Shown: positions 26,974 to 41,961, counted from the first letter of the stretch. The stretch is 64,000 bases of DNA from Fimicolochytrium jonesii (GCF_025526975.1 NW_026515702.1:186001-250000), one strand, 5' to 3'. A program made the numbers and translations. The notes: a model not told the origin generated them from the letters alone.

Positions 26974-28279
26974 TTTGGTGACTTTCGGTGTGTTTTTGAG
27001 AGTTATATTCGGTTCACGTGAAGAGTAGATATGAGTTCTCCCCCCCCCCCCTGCATTTAAGTCAGCTAAGCCCTTCATCAGTGATGGGTGTTCGAAGCCA
27101 TCCAGGCTATTGCATTCTACATACGAAGCAGGGAGAGCAGTCGACGTTAAGCAGTGCTGTCTGGGGAGAGCAAGAGCAAGAGGAAGAAGGTTCAGCACTA
27201 CATATAGCCGTTCTCAAATTATCACTCGCCTCGCCCGCACACCTGGCGTCGGTGTAGGCGTCAAGGTGTACATGTATATACACTGCGCCGAAATGCCACC
27301 TAATAATCCCACGGGTGTTACGAAAACGTGCGGCTACACATGCCAGCTTTATTACGTCGGAGTCTCTACGTGTAGGATCTTTAAGTTGTCGGGACTTCAT
27401 GAAGAACTGATTTCATCGATCTTGACCGACGCTTATCGTAGGATCCGCACATGGAAAAACGCTGGCGCAAGCGTCTTCAACACTAGCATGCTGCAGCCTC
27501 CAGCTGAGAGTCAGAGACGTCACTGATCAGAGTCGGTCAGGATCTTATGTCTTTGTGCGAGCCTCACCAGCGAGGCCTCTCCGAGCACTCCATCAGTGTA
27601 GTATAACTTCTCCGCATGCCAGAGCCCCGCCGTATCGGTCAGTGGCACTGCTGATCCCCGAGGCTCTTTTGCCAGCGCCGAAAAGGACGTGCAACTCTAC
27701 TGTGCTGCCCGACGCCCGTAGGCTGATAGACTTTTGGGGATGTTGTGTACACCTCAACCACGGTTACAGCCGGCGAGCCTCTCACCCGTCATGTTGTACA
27801 ACTCAGACCTCCACTTCGATCTCCGCAATGATTCAACTTGACCTCCCGGAAGGCCGTTCAAGACACATCGCAGTCGCAGATACCATAACCTCTATGACCT
27901 ACACCCGCCCAAACCATCGCCTACTACTACCGTCAGCCGGCGGCCGGCCCTAGCACAGCCCAATATCCGGTGCTGTACAGTCGTCACCAGTGCACCTCCT
28001 TGAACTGTGATGAAGGAGAGGTAACCAGGATGACTGACGGCGCTCTTATGCACCGCCGTCGTCTTCGCCTTCCCCGCTCACTGTTCCCGCACTGATTCGC
28101 AGGGTGATGTGCAAGTGGTCAGAGTTGTAAAACGAGAGATGGATATCGGCAGTGTACCTTTATCACTGAAACCTGACGACGGCAAAGCCTGATCCTGCTT
28201 GCCACCCCCCTTTGCTTACTTTAGAGCGGTCAAGACCTCTCCCACCTTAACCGAAAGTGAGTCTGCATACATACATACA

Positions 28280-29044
28280 ATGGCCGACTCGCCCTGCCCC
28301 TCCCCCTGTCCTTCGGACCCCTCGCCACCGTCAAGAACGAGCTCCATCGCCCCCGATCCGCCCTCACGAACAAGCTCAATCGCACCCATGTCCCCACCCG
28401 CATCCCCCGCTCCAGCTCCGGCCCCTACTTCGTCAGCGTCCTGCCGCAAAGGCATCGACGTTCAATACCTCGTCGACCAAACCCTCTGGGCGCCACTCCC
28501 GCCTCCCCGCTCCTCATCCCTGTTCAACGAAAAAGTGGACCTGCCATCTGACGAGCCGCCCCCGCCATACAGGTCTCTACCTCGCCATTGTGCCCTCCCG
28601 GTCTGTACAGAGGATCTTCTCCCATCGCCTACATCATTACCGTCTTCCACACGCACACCGACGCACCCACCACCCACACCGACACCCTCCCCATCCCACC
28701 CATCAACACCAGCGCCCCGCACCCATCAACAACAGCAAAAAGAAGTCCAAGCCAAAGCCAAAATCCATGCCATCGAGGATCAAACCCTCTGGGGCGGCAC
28801 TCCACCCCCTCGCACCAAAAAACACACCGACAAACCGCATCGTCCGCCCGGCGCGCTCATCAAGGCGTTGAAGAAGTTGGATCTTGATCTTGAGGATCGA
28901 CCAGCACCGGCACAGTTGGAACATGCGTACTACTGCTTTCATAATCACACGCAGTGTCCGCGTAACGGGCCGTGCTTGAATCCGCCGCCGTCGGTGGGGA
29001 GTCTTGGGAGGAGGAGGGAGGTGGTGGCGAGGGAGCGGAGGTAG
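28280..29044 (+). CDS. Hypothetical proline-rich protein
   Basis: Open frame with good ATG context, internal repeats PPSRTSSIAP x2 and DQTLW x2, a PPPPY motif and a C-terminal Cys/His cluster. Confidence 0.5.
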   Translation: MADSPCPSPCPSDPSPPSRTSSIAPDPPSRTSSIAPMSPPASPAPAPAPTSSASCRKGIDVQYLVDQTLWAPLPPPRSSSLFNEKVDLPSDEPPPPYRSLPRHCALPVCTEDLLPSPTSLPSSTRTPTHPPPTPTPSPSHPSTPAPRTHQQQQKEVQAKAKIHAIEDQTLWGGTPPPRTKKHTDKPHRPPGALIKALKKLDLDLEDRPAPAQLEHAYYCFHNHTQCPRNGPCLNPPPSVGSLGRRREVVARERR

Positions 29045-30914
29045 ATTGAGGCTGTCTGTCTGTCGGCGAGGCGACGAGGAACGATGCGAGCGGAAGTGCG
29101 TTCGAGGACGAGGGGATCGCCCGGATGGGAGGAAGGGGAGAAGGGATTGTGCCCAAGAGGACACGGGGAGGACGGCAGGTTGAACTGGACACATATACCC
29201 GTCGCACGGTCTGGATCACTTAGACCCGAACACCAGCGGCCCGCAACAGCCAAATGATCGGACGTTCCGCCACCGGATACCTGCCCTCCCACCCTTACAA
29301 CGCGATGCGGTACATGAATCGTCAGCGACTTTCGCCGGGTATCGAGCCGCGTTGGTCGAATCCCTACCCCGGAAAAGCTGAACTTGCAACGATGGAGACA
29401 TTATCCTCCAATTTCCGATCCCCGCTCTACCCCCGCCACGATCTCATGTCAAGAGTTCACTTTGATCAGCGATGTCATGTCAAGCATACATTCACGCTTC
29501 CCGATTGGCGGCATACCCCCACCTGCTGTTTCCCGCCTACCCCGTACTCGTTCGACATACCCATCCGCAAGCTTTCGCCCTCTGATCAGGGCATTTTGAC
29601 GCTCTTTATTTCCACACACCTTTATGTTATTTTTATTTTTTTGGTCGGGGAGGGAGGGGGAAAGAGGGTTTGCATTGGAATCCCGCTTTTACCGTAGTAA
29701 TATACTTTTGGGATCGTTGCGGCGTAGTATCTATCTTTGCTTTTCGCGCCGGCGGGACCGGGCCTGGGCTGGATCCGACGTGGCGCTCGTGCTTTCGCAC
29801 CTTTTTGTTCATGAACGTATATACAATCATAACCGTCTTCCGCTTCATCGTCGTTTCACCATTTATCGAGCCAAGAAGAGAATCGTGGGAGCAATGGGCT
29901 TGTAGAACATCGTTGAGTTCCGGCCGTTCAGAGGTACTCCATGCTTGCAAGACCACCAACAGAACAGCCAACAGGTTTGCTGCAAATCCACATCAACCAC
30001 CGCACCAGATTAGTCTGAGGAAAGCACTATGGCGGCCGTATTATTATTCAGACATATGTACCTTCATCATGCGTCACGGCATCAACCCTTGAGCAGGTTT
30101 CTCAGATCTATACATATAGGGGTAACGAAGCGGCCAATGATGTGTCCAAATGCCCCTCCAACAATCCCAGACATCGAACGGCCTTCAGCTCCCGATGGCC
30201 GGCAACCTCCGTCACAAAGCACGTCCCAGCGAGAAGATTCCCTCAGAGCCCGTCTAGCTGAGTCGCCGAGTCACTAGATCCACAGCTGACTCCCAGCCAA
30301 TGTTTTCACAAGCGTCCCAACTTTGAAAGTGCACTATGATTTCTTCCCCTTCCAACTCCATTTGGCCGGTGACCTCCGTCACAGAGCACCTCCCAACGAG
30401 AGGAATCCCTCCGGAACCCGTCTCGTTGAGTCACTGAAGCCATGCGCTGACTCCCGGCGCATGTTCGGGGGGAGGGGTGCGGTACCTTCCGGGGTGTCGA
30501 GGAAGTGCATTAGAGACGGATCACAGCCTGCGAGTTTCGGATGCTGTAGTGCTCCTGCGCCCCGTAGATGCCGTCAGCATGTAGTGGCTGTTCTCTCCCT
30601 GAGGAGATCTAGATGGTAGACCCAAGTCATCCTTGAAGCGGGTTCACCTTTCCAAAATGAGAGAGGAAGAGAAGTTTGGACGCCTACAGCCATATATACA
30701 GTACATACATTCATGCGACAAGGAGAAGAGAGACACAGTCATGAAGAGGAGAAGACAGATACAGAAAGAGGGATATACAGATTTGGGTTTATAGGAGAAA
30801 GAAAGACATGTACAGAAAAGGAGTCTGGTGTGGTGAGACAGTAGTTCGTGGGATATATCACATCGTATGAATGGGTTGCGTTGAGACTTGTATATCTGAA
30901 GTCAGTGACATGTC

Positions 30915-31864
30915 TCACACCGACACGGTCGGCTGCGTCTGCTCGAACGTAAACGTCCTAAACGCTGGGAAGAGGGTGTCGCCGGGGATGGTCTCGATGG
31001 GCAAGGGGGCGCCGTCGGTGGGTGTGGGTGCGGCGGTGGGTTCTTCAGTGGGCACATCGGTAGGAACATCCGTGGGAACATCTGTAGGGGTATCCTCAGT
31101 AGGAGTCGGCACAACCGTCTCCACCGGCACATCTTCCGTCGACGTCGGTTCATCAATACTAGTAGGGTCGTCCTCCCCGCCCTTCTTCTTCCCATCCCGA
31201 TGATGGTGGTGGTGATGGCGGTGGTGGTGATGACGGTGATGCTTCTTACATTTCTTCTTCTTCTTCTGTTCACCATCGACCGACGGCAGGTCCGTCGGAA
31301 TCAACGGCGGACTCTCATAATCCGCCGTAGTGGTAACCACGCCATCAGCCGGTGGCAAATCAGTCGGAATCAGCGGCGGACTCTCGTAATCCGTCGTCGT
31401 AGTGACCACCCCATCAGCCGGTGGCAGATCCGTCGGAATCAGCGGCGGACTCTCGTAATCCGCCGTCGTAGTAACCACCCCATCAACCGGCGGCAAATCG
31501 GTCGGAATCAACGGCGGACTCTGGTAATCCGCGGTCGTCGTCGGGATCTCGATCCCCGTGCCGCCGGTCTCGAAGATGGGGAGGCGGGTGAATGTGTTGA
31601 TGGCGGGGGCGTCGCTGAAGATGGGGAGGGTGGTTGTGGGGTGCTTTTTGGTGAGGTTCGGGGAGATGAGGCCGATCGGGGGACCGTCGGGGTTTTGCGG
31701 GGCGCGGCGGGCTAGGTCGTTGAGCTGGGGGAAAGGGGTGGCGTTAGAGAAACGGTTTTGCAACATTCTCCCCGACAGGGAACACTTACGGGAATAGCTG
31801 ACGCTATGAGACCCGAGGAGGCGCTTAGGGCCGCGAACGCTAGGACCAGCTTCGTCCACGCCAT
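30915..31864 (-). CDS. Secreted Pro/Thr-rich repeat protein with poly-Lys/poly-His tract (2 exons)
   Basis: Signal peptide MAWTKLVLAFAALSASSGLIASAIP, intron GTAAGT...CCCCAG, a Kex2-like RR, four 23-aa repeats, KKKKKCKKHHRHHHHRHHHHHH and PTDV repeats. Confidence 0.75.
31276..31545 (-). repeat. 69-bp coding tandem repeat x4 (TTTADYESPPLIPTDLPPxDGVV)
   Basis: GTCGGAATC recurs at 31294, 31363, 31432 and 31501 (69-bp period). Confidence 0.9.
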
Positions 31865-32924
31865 GGTGGGATATGTGATGTGATTTGATGGGATATGGGG
31901 TGGGTTAAATACACTCAATCAAACGATGTAATGTAGGTCAATTGGATAGGAGGGGAGATGGGATTCCTTCGAGCAAAAGGTGTTGACGAAGCCGCTGCCC
32001 ACTTCTCGCATCTTTATACAATGGTTCTATCGTTGGGCTGCAAACGCCAAGACTCTCTGATCACCGAATGATCCAGAACGAAGCCGCCCAAGCGGGGAAG
32101 CCTGGACATGAACGTTGCGTGGGGAAAAGCGAGTCGATCAGGTTTTGTCATCGCGTTGCACGGCGGACCGTGGCCGTGCGTTTGTGGTCGACGTGCGTGG
32201 ACGACAAACACATGCACATGCACATGCACATGCAATCACCGTGACAGCTCGCTCGCAGAGGCTCGAACGGATGTCCGCGATAAACAAGCAAGCAATGTGA
32301 GATGAGCTTTTCGCCTTGCTTCCGGAGCCCTCGAAAGGATGAAAGCAGCTCTCGTCCTTCCGTGACATCACCGTGGTTCAACGTCGAGCGATGCTGGCGT
32401 GGGCATGATTGGAAATACTGGCAGCTTGGATCACTTCTCTGACTCCGAAGTTCCTCTCGCCGCGCACACCGCATGCACATGTATGTAAGACTCGAGTGCA
32501 CGGCGACGGCCAGTCCCCGCTCCAAGCCTCACTGTGTCGTGAATCGTGATCTCGATCAGGAAAGAGTCCCGGTGCAGGCGCACAAAAGGCGACGCGCCGT
32601 CAGTCGCGCAATCTACTGTCATTTTCTTTCTTTTTTCCGACAAAGAATCGACCGACATTCAACGACATCAACTTGAAGGCCGGCGAGATGCAATGGCAGG
32701 AAACTATACGGAACGAATGTATTCGATCGATGACTAGACATCGCACGCACAACAGATTTCCGCTTGATAGTTCATACTTCCTAGTATCATATTCACGACA
32801 AACCTACGCTTTTCAAAACCATTGCCATGCACCTACGCCGTTAGACCTATCCGAATCCGGCCTACATCTGCTCAACATCATCGACTTTTTGCACCCAATG
32901 GCATGGTATTGCTGTGCGTGCCCC

Positions 32925-34095
32925 TTACAACGTCGCGAACGTCGCGCCGGCGTAGCCCACGTCCTGGAGTGAGGGAGTAGTCCAGAGGATTGGAATGCAT
33001 GGGTTGAAGGGAGTTCGGGGAGGAAATTCGGTTAATGTCCACGAAGCCTAGCCGTGAGATCATCATACTCCAGCCGACAAACTCTCCTTCCCCGCGCGAT
33101 CCAAATGTCGGGCCAGCGACCCCGAAGACGTGCGGCCCACTCATTCAACCAATTAACGGACGCACCTCAGCGTCGAAATGCGAGAAAAAGATGTAGTACC
33201 GATAGGCGGGCACTTTGAGGTGCTTCTCCAGGAGGGGTTGGATTTGGGCGCTGATTTCCTGTTTGGAATATGAGGTGGGTATTTCAGAGAATCTTGCGTT
33301 GCGAAGTTCCAGACATGCGCACACCTTGTTGTTCTCCTTTGTCAACCCACCGATCGACTTGACCTCAACGATGGCTGTCAAGCATGTAGTGGACGTACAA
33401 TGACAGAATCAAGATGAGATCAGTGGCGGGCGTGGCATATGTGATGGTTCCCAACGCTAGTTTGGCATCCTCCTCCCTCCGCCGTCATGCAGAGGACAAC
33501 TCACCAGCCGGTTCCTGACTGCCACCAAACGCGAGCGTAGCGTTCTCGTTGATGTTCACCACCATGTACTGATTTCCAAATACATCGATCAAGATTGACC
33601 AAGGAATGATTATGCCAGGAACTGCTTGTGCTATGGGAGATCTAGCGCCGCTGCATACCTTCTCGGGTTTGGACAGAAGCTTCACACCGAGGGCCGAGAG
33701 CGCCGAGACGAGCGCCTCCTGTGAGAAAGGAGGCAGAGATACAATGAGAGGGCGAGTCCTGGTATACCGTATGCCGAGCTCCGAGTTCCTCAGCGCATCC
33801 AAGACAGCGGCCGCCGTCGCGTAGCTCAAGATGGTGATGAGAACGACCATCACATGTCATCGCACACCTCCAAACCGGCGCGAATGTCGTTCTTTCATCC
33901 TCCCGCTTGCTCAACCGACTGCCTTCCCAGGTTCAACCCATTAACAGGTCCTTCCGAGTAGCCACCCCTTCGTCTTCCATGCTCTCTCTGCCTACCCCTC
34001 TATGCGCGTGTAGCTGCCCCAAGGTGGTGATGGAACGCTTTGACACTTACGCGGTCGGTTGCGGTTGTGTTTGTTTGGATGGTTAGGAAGGGCAT
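32925..34095 (-). CDS. MIF: Macrophage migration inhibitory factor / tautomerase family protein, 6 exons
   Basis: Spliced: MPFLTIQTNTTATDR|EALVSALSALGVKLLSKPEK|YMVVNINENATLAFGGSQEPA|AIVEVKSIGGLTKENNK|EISAQIQPLLEKHLKVPAYRYYIFFSHFDAE|DVGYAGATFATL*. It retains catalytic Pro1 and the KP, FGGS-EP and SIG motifs. Confidence 0.9.
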
Positions 34096-34368
34096 TTCTG
34101 CTTGCTGATGACAACTTGGTTGGGGGAGGGTTGGGGGTTGGTTGCGGAGGGAGGAGAGGGAGGGTTGCCGTGTGGACAGAAGCTGCAAGTGTGAATTGAA
34201 GTGTGAAGTCGCCGCGTCCTTCTCGCTCCTCCTTCCTCCTGTTTGTCGAACCCTCTAAACCTACTGTACCTACCTCGGGCAGCAGCACTCGCAGAAGGGG
34301 ACGGTCGCAGGCGAGCAGGCCATAGTAGACCTACATATCCACCCTCTGGTCTCCTTCAGGGCCACACC

Positions 34369-36670
<2,302 letters not shown>

Positions 36671-36958
36671 GTGAAGGGGTGGGTGAGGGGAGAAGATGGT
36701 AGAGCTTTTTCATTTGTCACATATCACGTCACCTTCACGCTGGATCAATCGTATGTACGCAGATGAAGTATATATTGATAGCGGGCCTCAAACTTCCTCG
36801 CACGCATGGATAACAGACTGCTTGTACGTTGCAATCAACCGGTGGAGCCGCCGACTTTTGTTCCCCACTGTCCTGTGTACATATCTCTCCCCAAGTCCCC
36901 CCCAACCAACTCCGCCCACACACACGCACATCCCATCACCACCTCCCCACCAAATCAT

Positions 36959-38334
36959 TCAAACAACATGCACAGCAACCCCACCCGCACCCTCATGCCC
37001 ATGAGTCTGTCCCCCTGTCTGCTGCTGCTGCGGTTGCAACCCCCCACCGGCGCTCGTCCCCCCCGCCGTCGTCGGAGTCCCCGCGCCCACCGGGGGCTCC
37101 ACCACCCTCGGCTTATTCGGGTTGTTATCCGTGAGCCATTGGCCCAGCCACACCTTTGAAAAGCAATCCACCATTAGCCACATCACGATTGACTCGTTGG
37201 GGGGGCGGGAAGGGGGATGGATGTTTTGTGGTCAACGTACGGTGGGATTCGCAGGCTTCTCCTTGCACAGCTGCGTCAGCCCCTGCAGCAGGGTCGGGTA
37301 CACGGTCGTTTCGAGGATCTGTTTGGCGGTGTCCGATGTGGGGGGTGGGTTTACCGGTGCTGGGCGAAAAACATCCCACAAAACATCAGAACATGAACAC
37401 GTAAACCATTTTGAATGACCAAAAAAACCATATGAGATGGTGGGAGGAAACGTATGAGCAAACGTACTGTCTGGGAAAAAGAAGCGGAGGTCGCGCTCGA
37501 CGGTCTCGGGGGAGGTGGGGATGTAGAACCCGTCGTGCAGCGCGTCGTCGTCATCGGCCGCGGCGTCGGTGGGTGCCTGGGGATCTGTTGGGTCGTTGGA
37601 TGTGGTTCCCGTGGTGGGGGATGTGCGCTTCGTGTGGCGGCTGGCGTACAGCGCGCTCAGACTACATAGATGTCGGAGAATGCGTTAGCGGGGTGACATA
37701 CCAAGCCATATAAACGAACCCGATGACTATACGACTCACCTCTCACCAGCGGGTGGATGATCGCCCTCATCCGCCGCCCCACCGAAAACGACTCGTTTTA
37801 AAGCATTCACCCCGTCGTGTCGCAGAAGGGCGAGCGCGACGACGGGCCCGGAGGTCGTGTAGGCGAGCAGGGCGTCAAAGTCGGGGTCGGAGGACCAGTC
37901 GGAGAAGAATTCGGCCGATTGTGTGGGGGTTAGGCGGGTGCGGCGGCGCTGTGGGGGGGGGGGGGAAGAGGGGAGATAAATTAACGGAGCAGCAACAGGA
38001 CGGGTTAGTTAAAGAAATGGACCACAGCTGTAACCCCACGTTCCGTTCTTCCCCGTCCACTTTGACCGCCCGCGTCCTCACAAATCGGATGTGCGTCCCT
38101 CATGACAAGCCAGGCGCCTCTCTATCCCTCCCATATCCCATGTCCATATCACATCCCATATCACGCCCCCCAACCTTTACCCCCCCGTGCCCCCTCTTCT
38201 CGCCCGCAACGAAACCCGGCCCAAAACCCCACACATACATTAAAGATCTTAAACCCCGCCTGCCCCAGCTTGTACACAATCTCCGGCTCGTGCGCGGCCG
38301 CGTCCGGTTTGAGGAGGAGGAATAGGCGGTCCAT
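36959..38334 (-). CDS. NME5: NME5/RSP23-like radial spoke protein (NDK-like domain plus Dpy-30 motif), 5 exons; catalytic His absent
   Basis: Spliced: MDRLFLLLKPDA..., RLTPTQSAEFF...AYTTSGPVVALAL, ERDLRFFFPD and the Dpy-30 segment VYPTLLQGLTQLCKEKPANPT|VWLGQWLTDNNPNKPRV. Confidence 0.85.
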
Positions 38335-39505
38335 TGCTTCTGTCGAATTGGGCTGATATGTGTGTGTTTCCGTTTGGAACGATCGTGTTTTACGTTCCCT
38401 GTCGCTACCTCTGTTTCTCTGGCGGCGAGTGACAGTGATGGCGGCTTATGTCAGCTGATGACGCACGCGATGGCTTGCTTCGTGTGTTTACTGGCGCTGT
38501 CAGGGAGGTGCTGCATGTGCATAGCCATGTACGCATTGAACAGGAACCACTGTTCCGTTTTGCACCAGTTCCAAGCGTCATATCAGTCACACTCCTACTG
38601 CATGCGCCGGTCGGCTCTGCCTCGTTCTCTTTCCATAGCGCACGGACAATCAGGGTGGGGATTGGGGACTTGGCGTCGGAGAGGTTGGGGGTATAGCGGA
38701 TGTGGGGGCGACAAACGGTTCATGAATGCCACGGACGCTGCGAGGAGAGTATCCAGCGGGGTCCCACCACTCTACGAACCCACCCTCCAGATCATCCCCC
38801 CTCTGTATCCCAACGACGCTTGCATCGCGAATATCTCACCCATCGCCCCAAAAGTCCCCGCATTGCATACCCTCGGATCCCACGCAAAGGGCCGTCAGAC
38901 AACCACCAGCGATGTGGCTGCCGTCATCGCGTTCACGAAGTCTACCGCTGTCTACACATGACCTTCGCTGTCGCTGATGTCAAGGAGGAAGTCTTCGACG
39001 GGAGGTGGACCTGGCTGTGTCCGTCGAGATCGCTGTATAAGACGTGCGATGGCAGGATCAAGCTGCTGTAGCGCAACCGGGGTAGGCAGATCAGACGAGG
39101 ACTGTACTCCTCAGACGACGCCCGGCCAAGGCGACGGAACCCCCGGGATCGAACCCAACCTTCGCCCTCACTATTACTATCATCGTACGTGAGGACCATC
39201 ACCAAAGCGCAGGACCAGTGCAAGTGGTGTTTCTGCTGATATTTATCATCGCACGCATTGGTTACTGATAGGATGTGCATTGGCTAGTCAGTTCACACTA
39301 CGTATGCATGACATATGTGGCATATGAGTAAGAGGCCAGAGGTGCATCGTGTATCTACATGAGGGCTTGCAAAAGAAAGGGAAAGGGCGGGGGGAGGCTA
39401 CGCTATAAGGGCAGTTGTATTGGCTACGCTCGTAGGGAAGGGGTCTACGCCAAAGGATTGGGCGGGCCAGCCGACCTCGCAACCCACCATCTGCCTACAC
39501 TAAAC

Positions 39506-41215
39506 CTATGACTTCCCCACACACCTCTCCGGAAACACACCCTTAGCCCCCGTCCACACATTCCGTCCATAGACCCACCCATCGTCATACTTCGTCTCCA
39601 CAACCACCACATCGCCCTTCGCCACACCCAACTCATCCTCGCTCCCCGGCGTATGGGATGCGACCGCGACTTCCTGCTGGGGTTCTGCGGGCGCGTGGTG
39701 GGCGATCGTCTCGTATTGGGGTGGCGCGGCGAGGGTGGGGTTGCGTTGGTACAGGGAGTGTTGGCGGGTGGGTGCGGAGGAGCCGTGGGAGTATACGCTG
39801 CCGTCCATGCTGAGAGCGGTGCCGACGCGGGAGGTGGAGGCGGCGCTCATGTGGGAGTCGGTGTGCACGGCGGTGCTGTGCACGGCGTCGGAGGGGGCGT
39901 AAGCATGATACCTCTCGGCGGGGATGACCGGCGCGACGGGCGGAACGGAGGGGGCTGCTTTGTAGGCGGGCTGGACGACGGACGGCAGGGTTGTGGATTT
40001 TGTGGTTTGCGCGCGGCTGCGACGGCGGTAGAAGAAGTACGCGAGGGCGAGGAGGCCGAGGAGAACGATTGGGGCGGCGACTGGAGAGGATGAAAGGGTG
40101 ATGAATTTTAGCGGATAAGATCGGGGAAAAAAGATGAGTCGCTAGTACAAGAGAAGAAGAGCGGGAGATTATTTCGGGCGGACGCTTTACCTCCGACAGC
40201 GATTTTCCACGTGTTGCTACTAGCCGGGTCACCCTCTCGTCGGATATCTGCAGCATCGTCCCCGTCCGAAGTTCCAACAGACGAGGGTGTGGTTGACGGG
40301 GTCGCGAAAGGAATGGACGACGTGGATGGCGTCGATGTTGACACGGGCTGTGGTAACATCCCCAGCAAAGCGCCGCCATCGAGACAGCCCACGTCAAACT
40401 TATTGAAATGCCTCTCTCCACCGGTCAATGCACTGATCAAGTGCTGATCAATGCATCGGGAGTCACCCCGGACAGACGTGGCGTTCGGGGTTCTCAAGCA
40501 ATCTTGGTCGGTGTATTGGGTGAAAGTGCCGGTAGTGCAGTTAGCGGTAAACCAGATAAAGCCGGAATAACTGGGGTGGCATTTTCCGTCGGCTAAGGTA
40601 GTGGAAGCAGATGAGAGGCTGCTTTCGGGCAGACCCACAGATCTTGGATCGGCGTACCGAGATAGTAATACACGGAGTCAATTACGCTGTCCTTCAAGCA
40701 AGCCGTACTAATGATAAGGAGCAGCAAGCAGCATTTGAGATCAGAATCGGGAAAGGGACTGGGGGCCTTGAGGCTACTTACTCGACGTATCTGGTCGCCC
40801 TCATGTACTGCTGATACCCATTGGTTGGCGGCTTTAGCAGGTCCCCCAAGTTCATCCCACAATCGCGAGTCAGATAGTTGAGACCGAATTTTGCGCACAC
40901 TGAAGGGTTCGTGCAGGCGGCGGTGTTCGTGTTGGTCGCTAGCCTGACGGGCAAGTGGACTAGGAGGAAAACGGAAAAACAAAGAGCGCAGGTTCGACTT
41001 TCAGGTGTGCGAGAGCTGTGTGCCGAGAAAAGCATTCGCAAGTATACCTGCCGGATCGCAAGGCTGGGAGTCGTAATACGAAACCCTGTCGAAGGACAGT
41101 GGTGAGATGACGTGCCCGCACAGATTGTAAGTGCGCCTACGACGAGCCAGGCCGAAATACGAGTGAATTCCTTCCCCTTGTATACAGACCTAGTTGCAGT
41201 TGCAGCGGCACTCAT
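39506..41215 (-). CDS. Single-pass membrane protein with Cys-rich ectodomain and C-terminal SH3 domain, multi-exon
   Basis: Cys-rich ectodomain (YLADGKCHP...ANCTTGTFTQYTDQDC), S/T stalk, TM (VAAPIVLLGLLALAYFFYRRR) and SH3 (EDELGVAKGDVVVVETKYDDGWVYGRN...GVFPERCV). The start codon is uncertain. Confidence 0.8.
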
Positions 41216-41798
41216 GGCGGGCGGTTATTGTTCTTCCCTTTCAGTAGCAGATCGTCGTTCACGAAAGGACACTCGCCAGTTAGGGGAACGGAGACATAGC
41301 AAGAGGGTTCTATACTCATGTCGCCTCGGTCCCGCCCGGTGCGCACGCCTCCGTTCTCTGAACTTTGCGAGGGGAGCCTCCCGATACAGCGCCGCCTTCC
41401 CACGGTCCTCCTGCAGCTTTTCTCTGCGGAAGGGCCTGCAAGTTGTATACGGGCGCACATGTGTTACCCAGAGCGGGCCCTGACGGCTTTTGTCAGTGGG
41501 AGGCTTGGGATGGAGTTGCAACTTGGACGGGACAGCGACCTGCAGAGTGCGGCTGAACATGAACTTGCATGCTCATCATGGCTCATCGAGACGCCCCTGC
41601 CTGGAGAGGGATTTGGCGGCAGCCGAGTGCTCATCTCCAATCTCCTTATCCTCTTCCGCTGGGTCGGAAGTGCGGAACCAAGCCAGTGACGGCATGCCGC
41701 ACCCAACGAGTGTCCCTCTTTTCAGGTGGCCTGCGCCCTTACATTCTCAATTACACAACCCGTACAGGTCACTCGACGGTGACTGTGTCAAGTTCACC

Positions 41799-41961
41799 TA
41801 GTAGAGAAACGTGGTAAGCTTCGATGCGCACGAAAAAACGAGGAAGCCGCGGACATGGCGCTGTCGAGAATCTGAACCGTATTGAGATACAAGTTGCCAT
41901 CATCGGCGACGCCTCAGGCAGAGGTACAATGATGTGGATGGCAGATAACCACCACGGAAAA
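41799..41961 (-). ncRNA. Candidate Fanzor omegaRNA scaffold (guide predicted immediately beyond, about 41779-41798)
   Basis: Begins 21 nt after the Fanzor stop with TTTTCCGTGGTGGTT. CGTGGTGG (41949-41956) can pair with TTACCACG (41810-41817), there is an internal TGCCAT...ATGGCA hairpin, and it ends ...ACTA. The position and both ends resemble the SpuFz1 omegaRNA as recalled. Confidence 0.55.

Noticed and set aside
33040..33085. FVGWS segment as the MIF last exon
   Set aside because: The acceptor is poor (GAG). A proper CTCCAG acceptor at about 32964 gives the better-matching DVGYAGATFATL*.
38700..39200. Plus-strand ORFs between NME5 and the SH3 gene
   Set aside because: No recognisable motif or consistent splice structure. 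Possibly a decayed fragment.
40593..40660. Apparent frameshift in the SH3 membrane protein gene
   Set aside because: It is resolved by a short intron (GTACGC...CCTTAG) giving YYYLADGKC in frame.
41790..41810. Helitron 3' end (CTAG) for the Fanzor element
   Set aside because: CTAG is followed by G rather than the expected T, there is no GC-rich hairpin just upstream, and no Rep/helicase is present. Not excluded, but unsupported.
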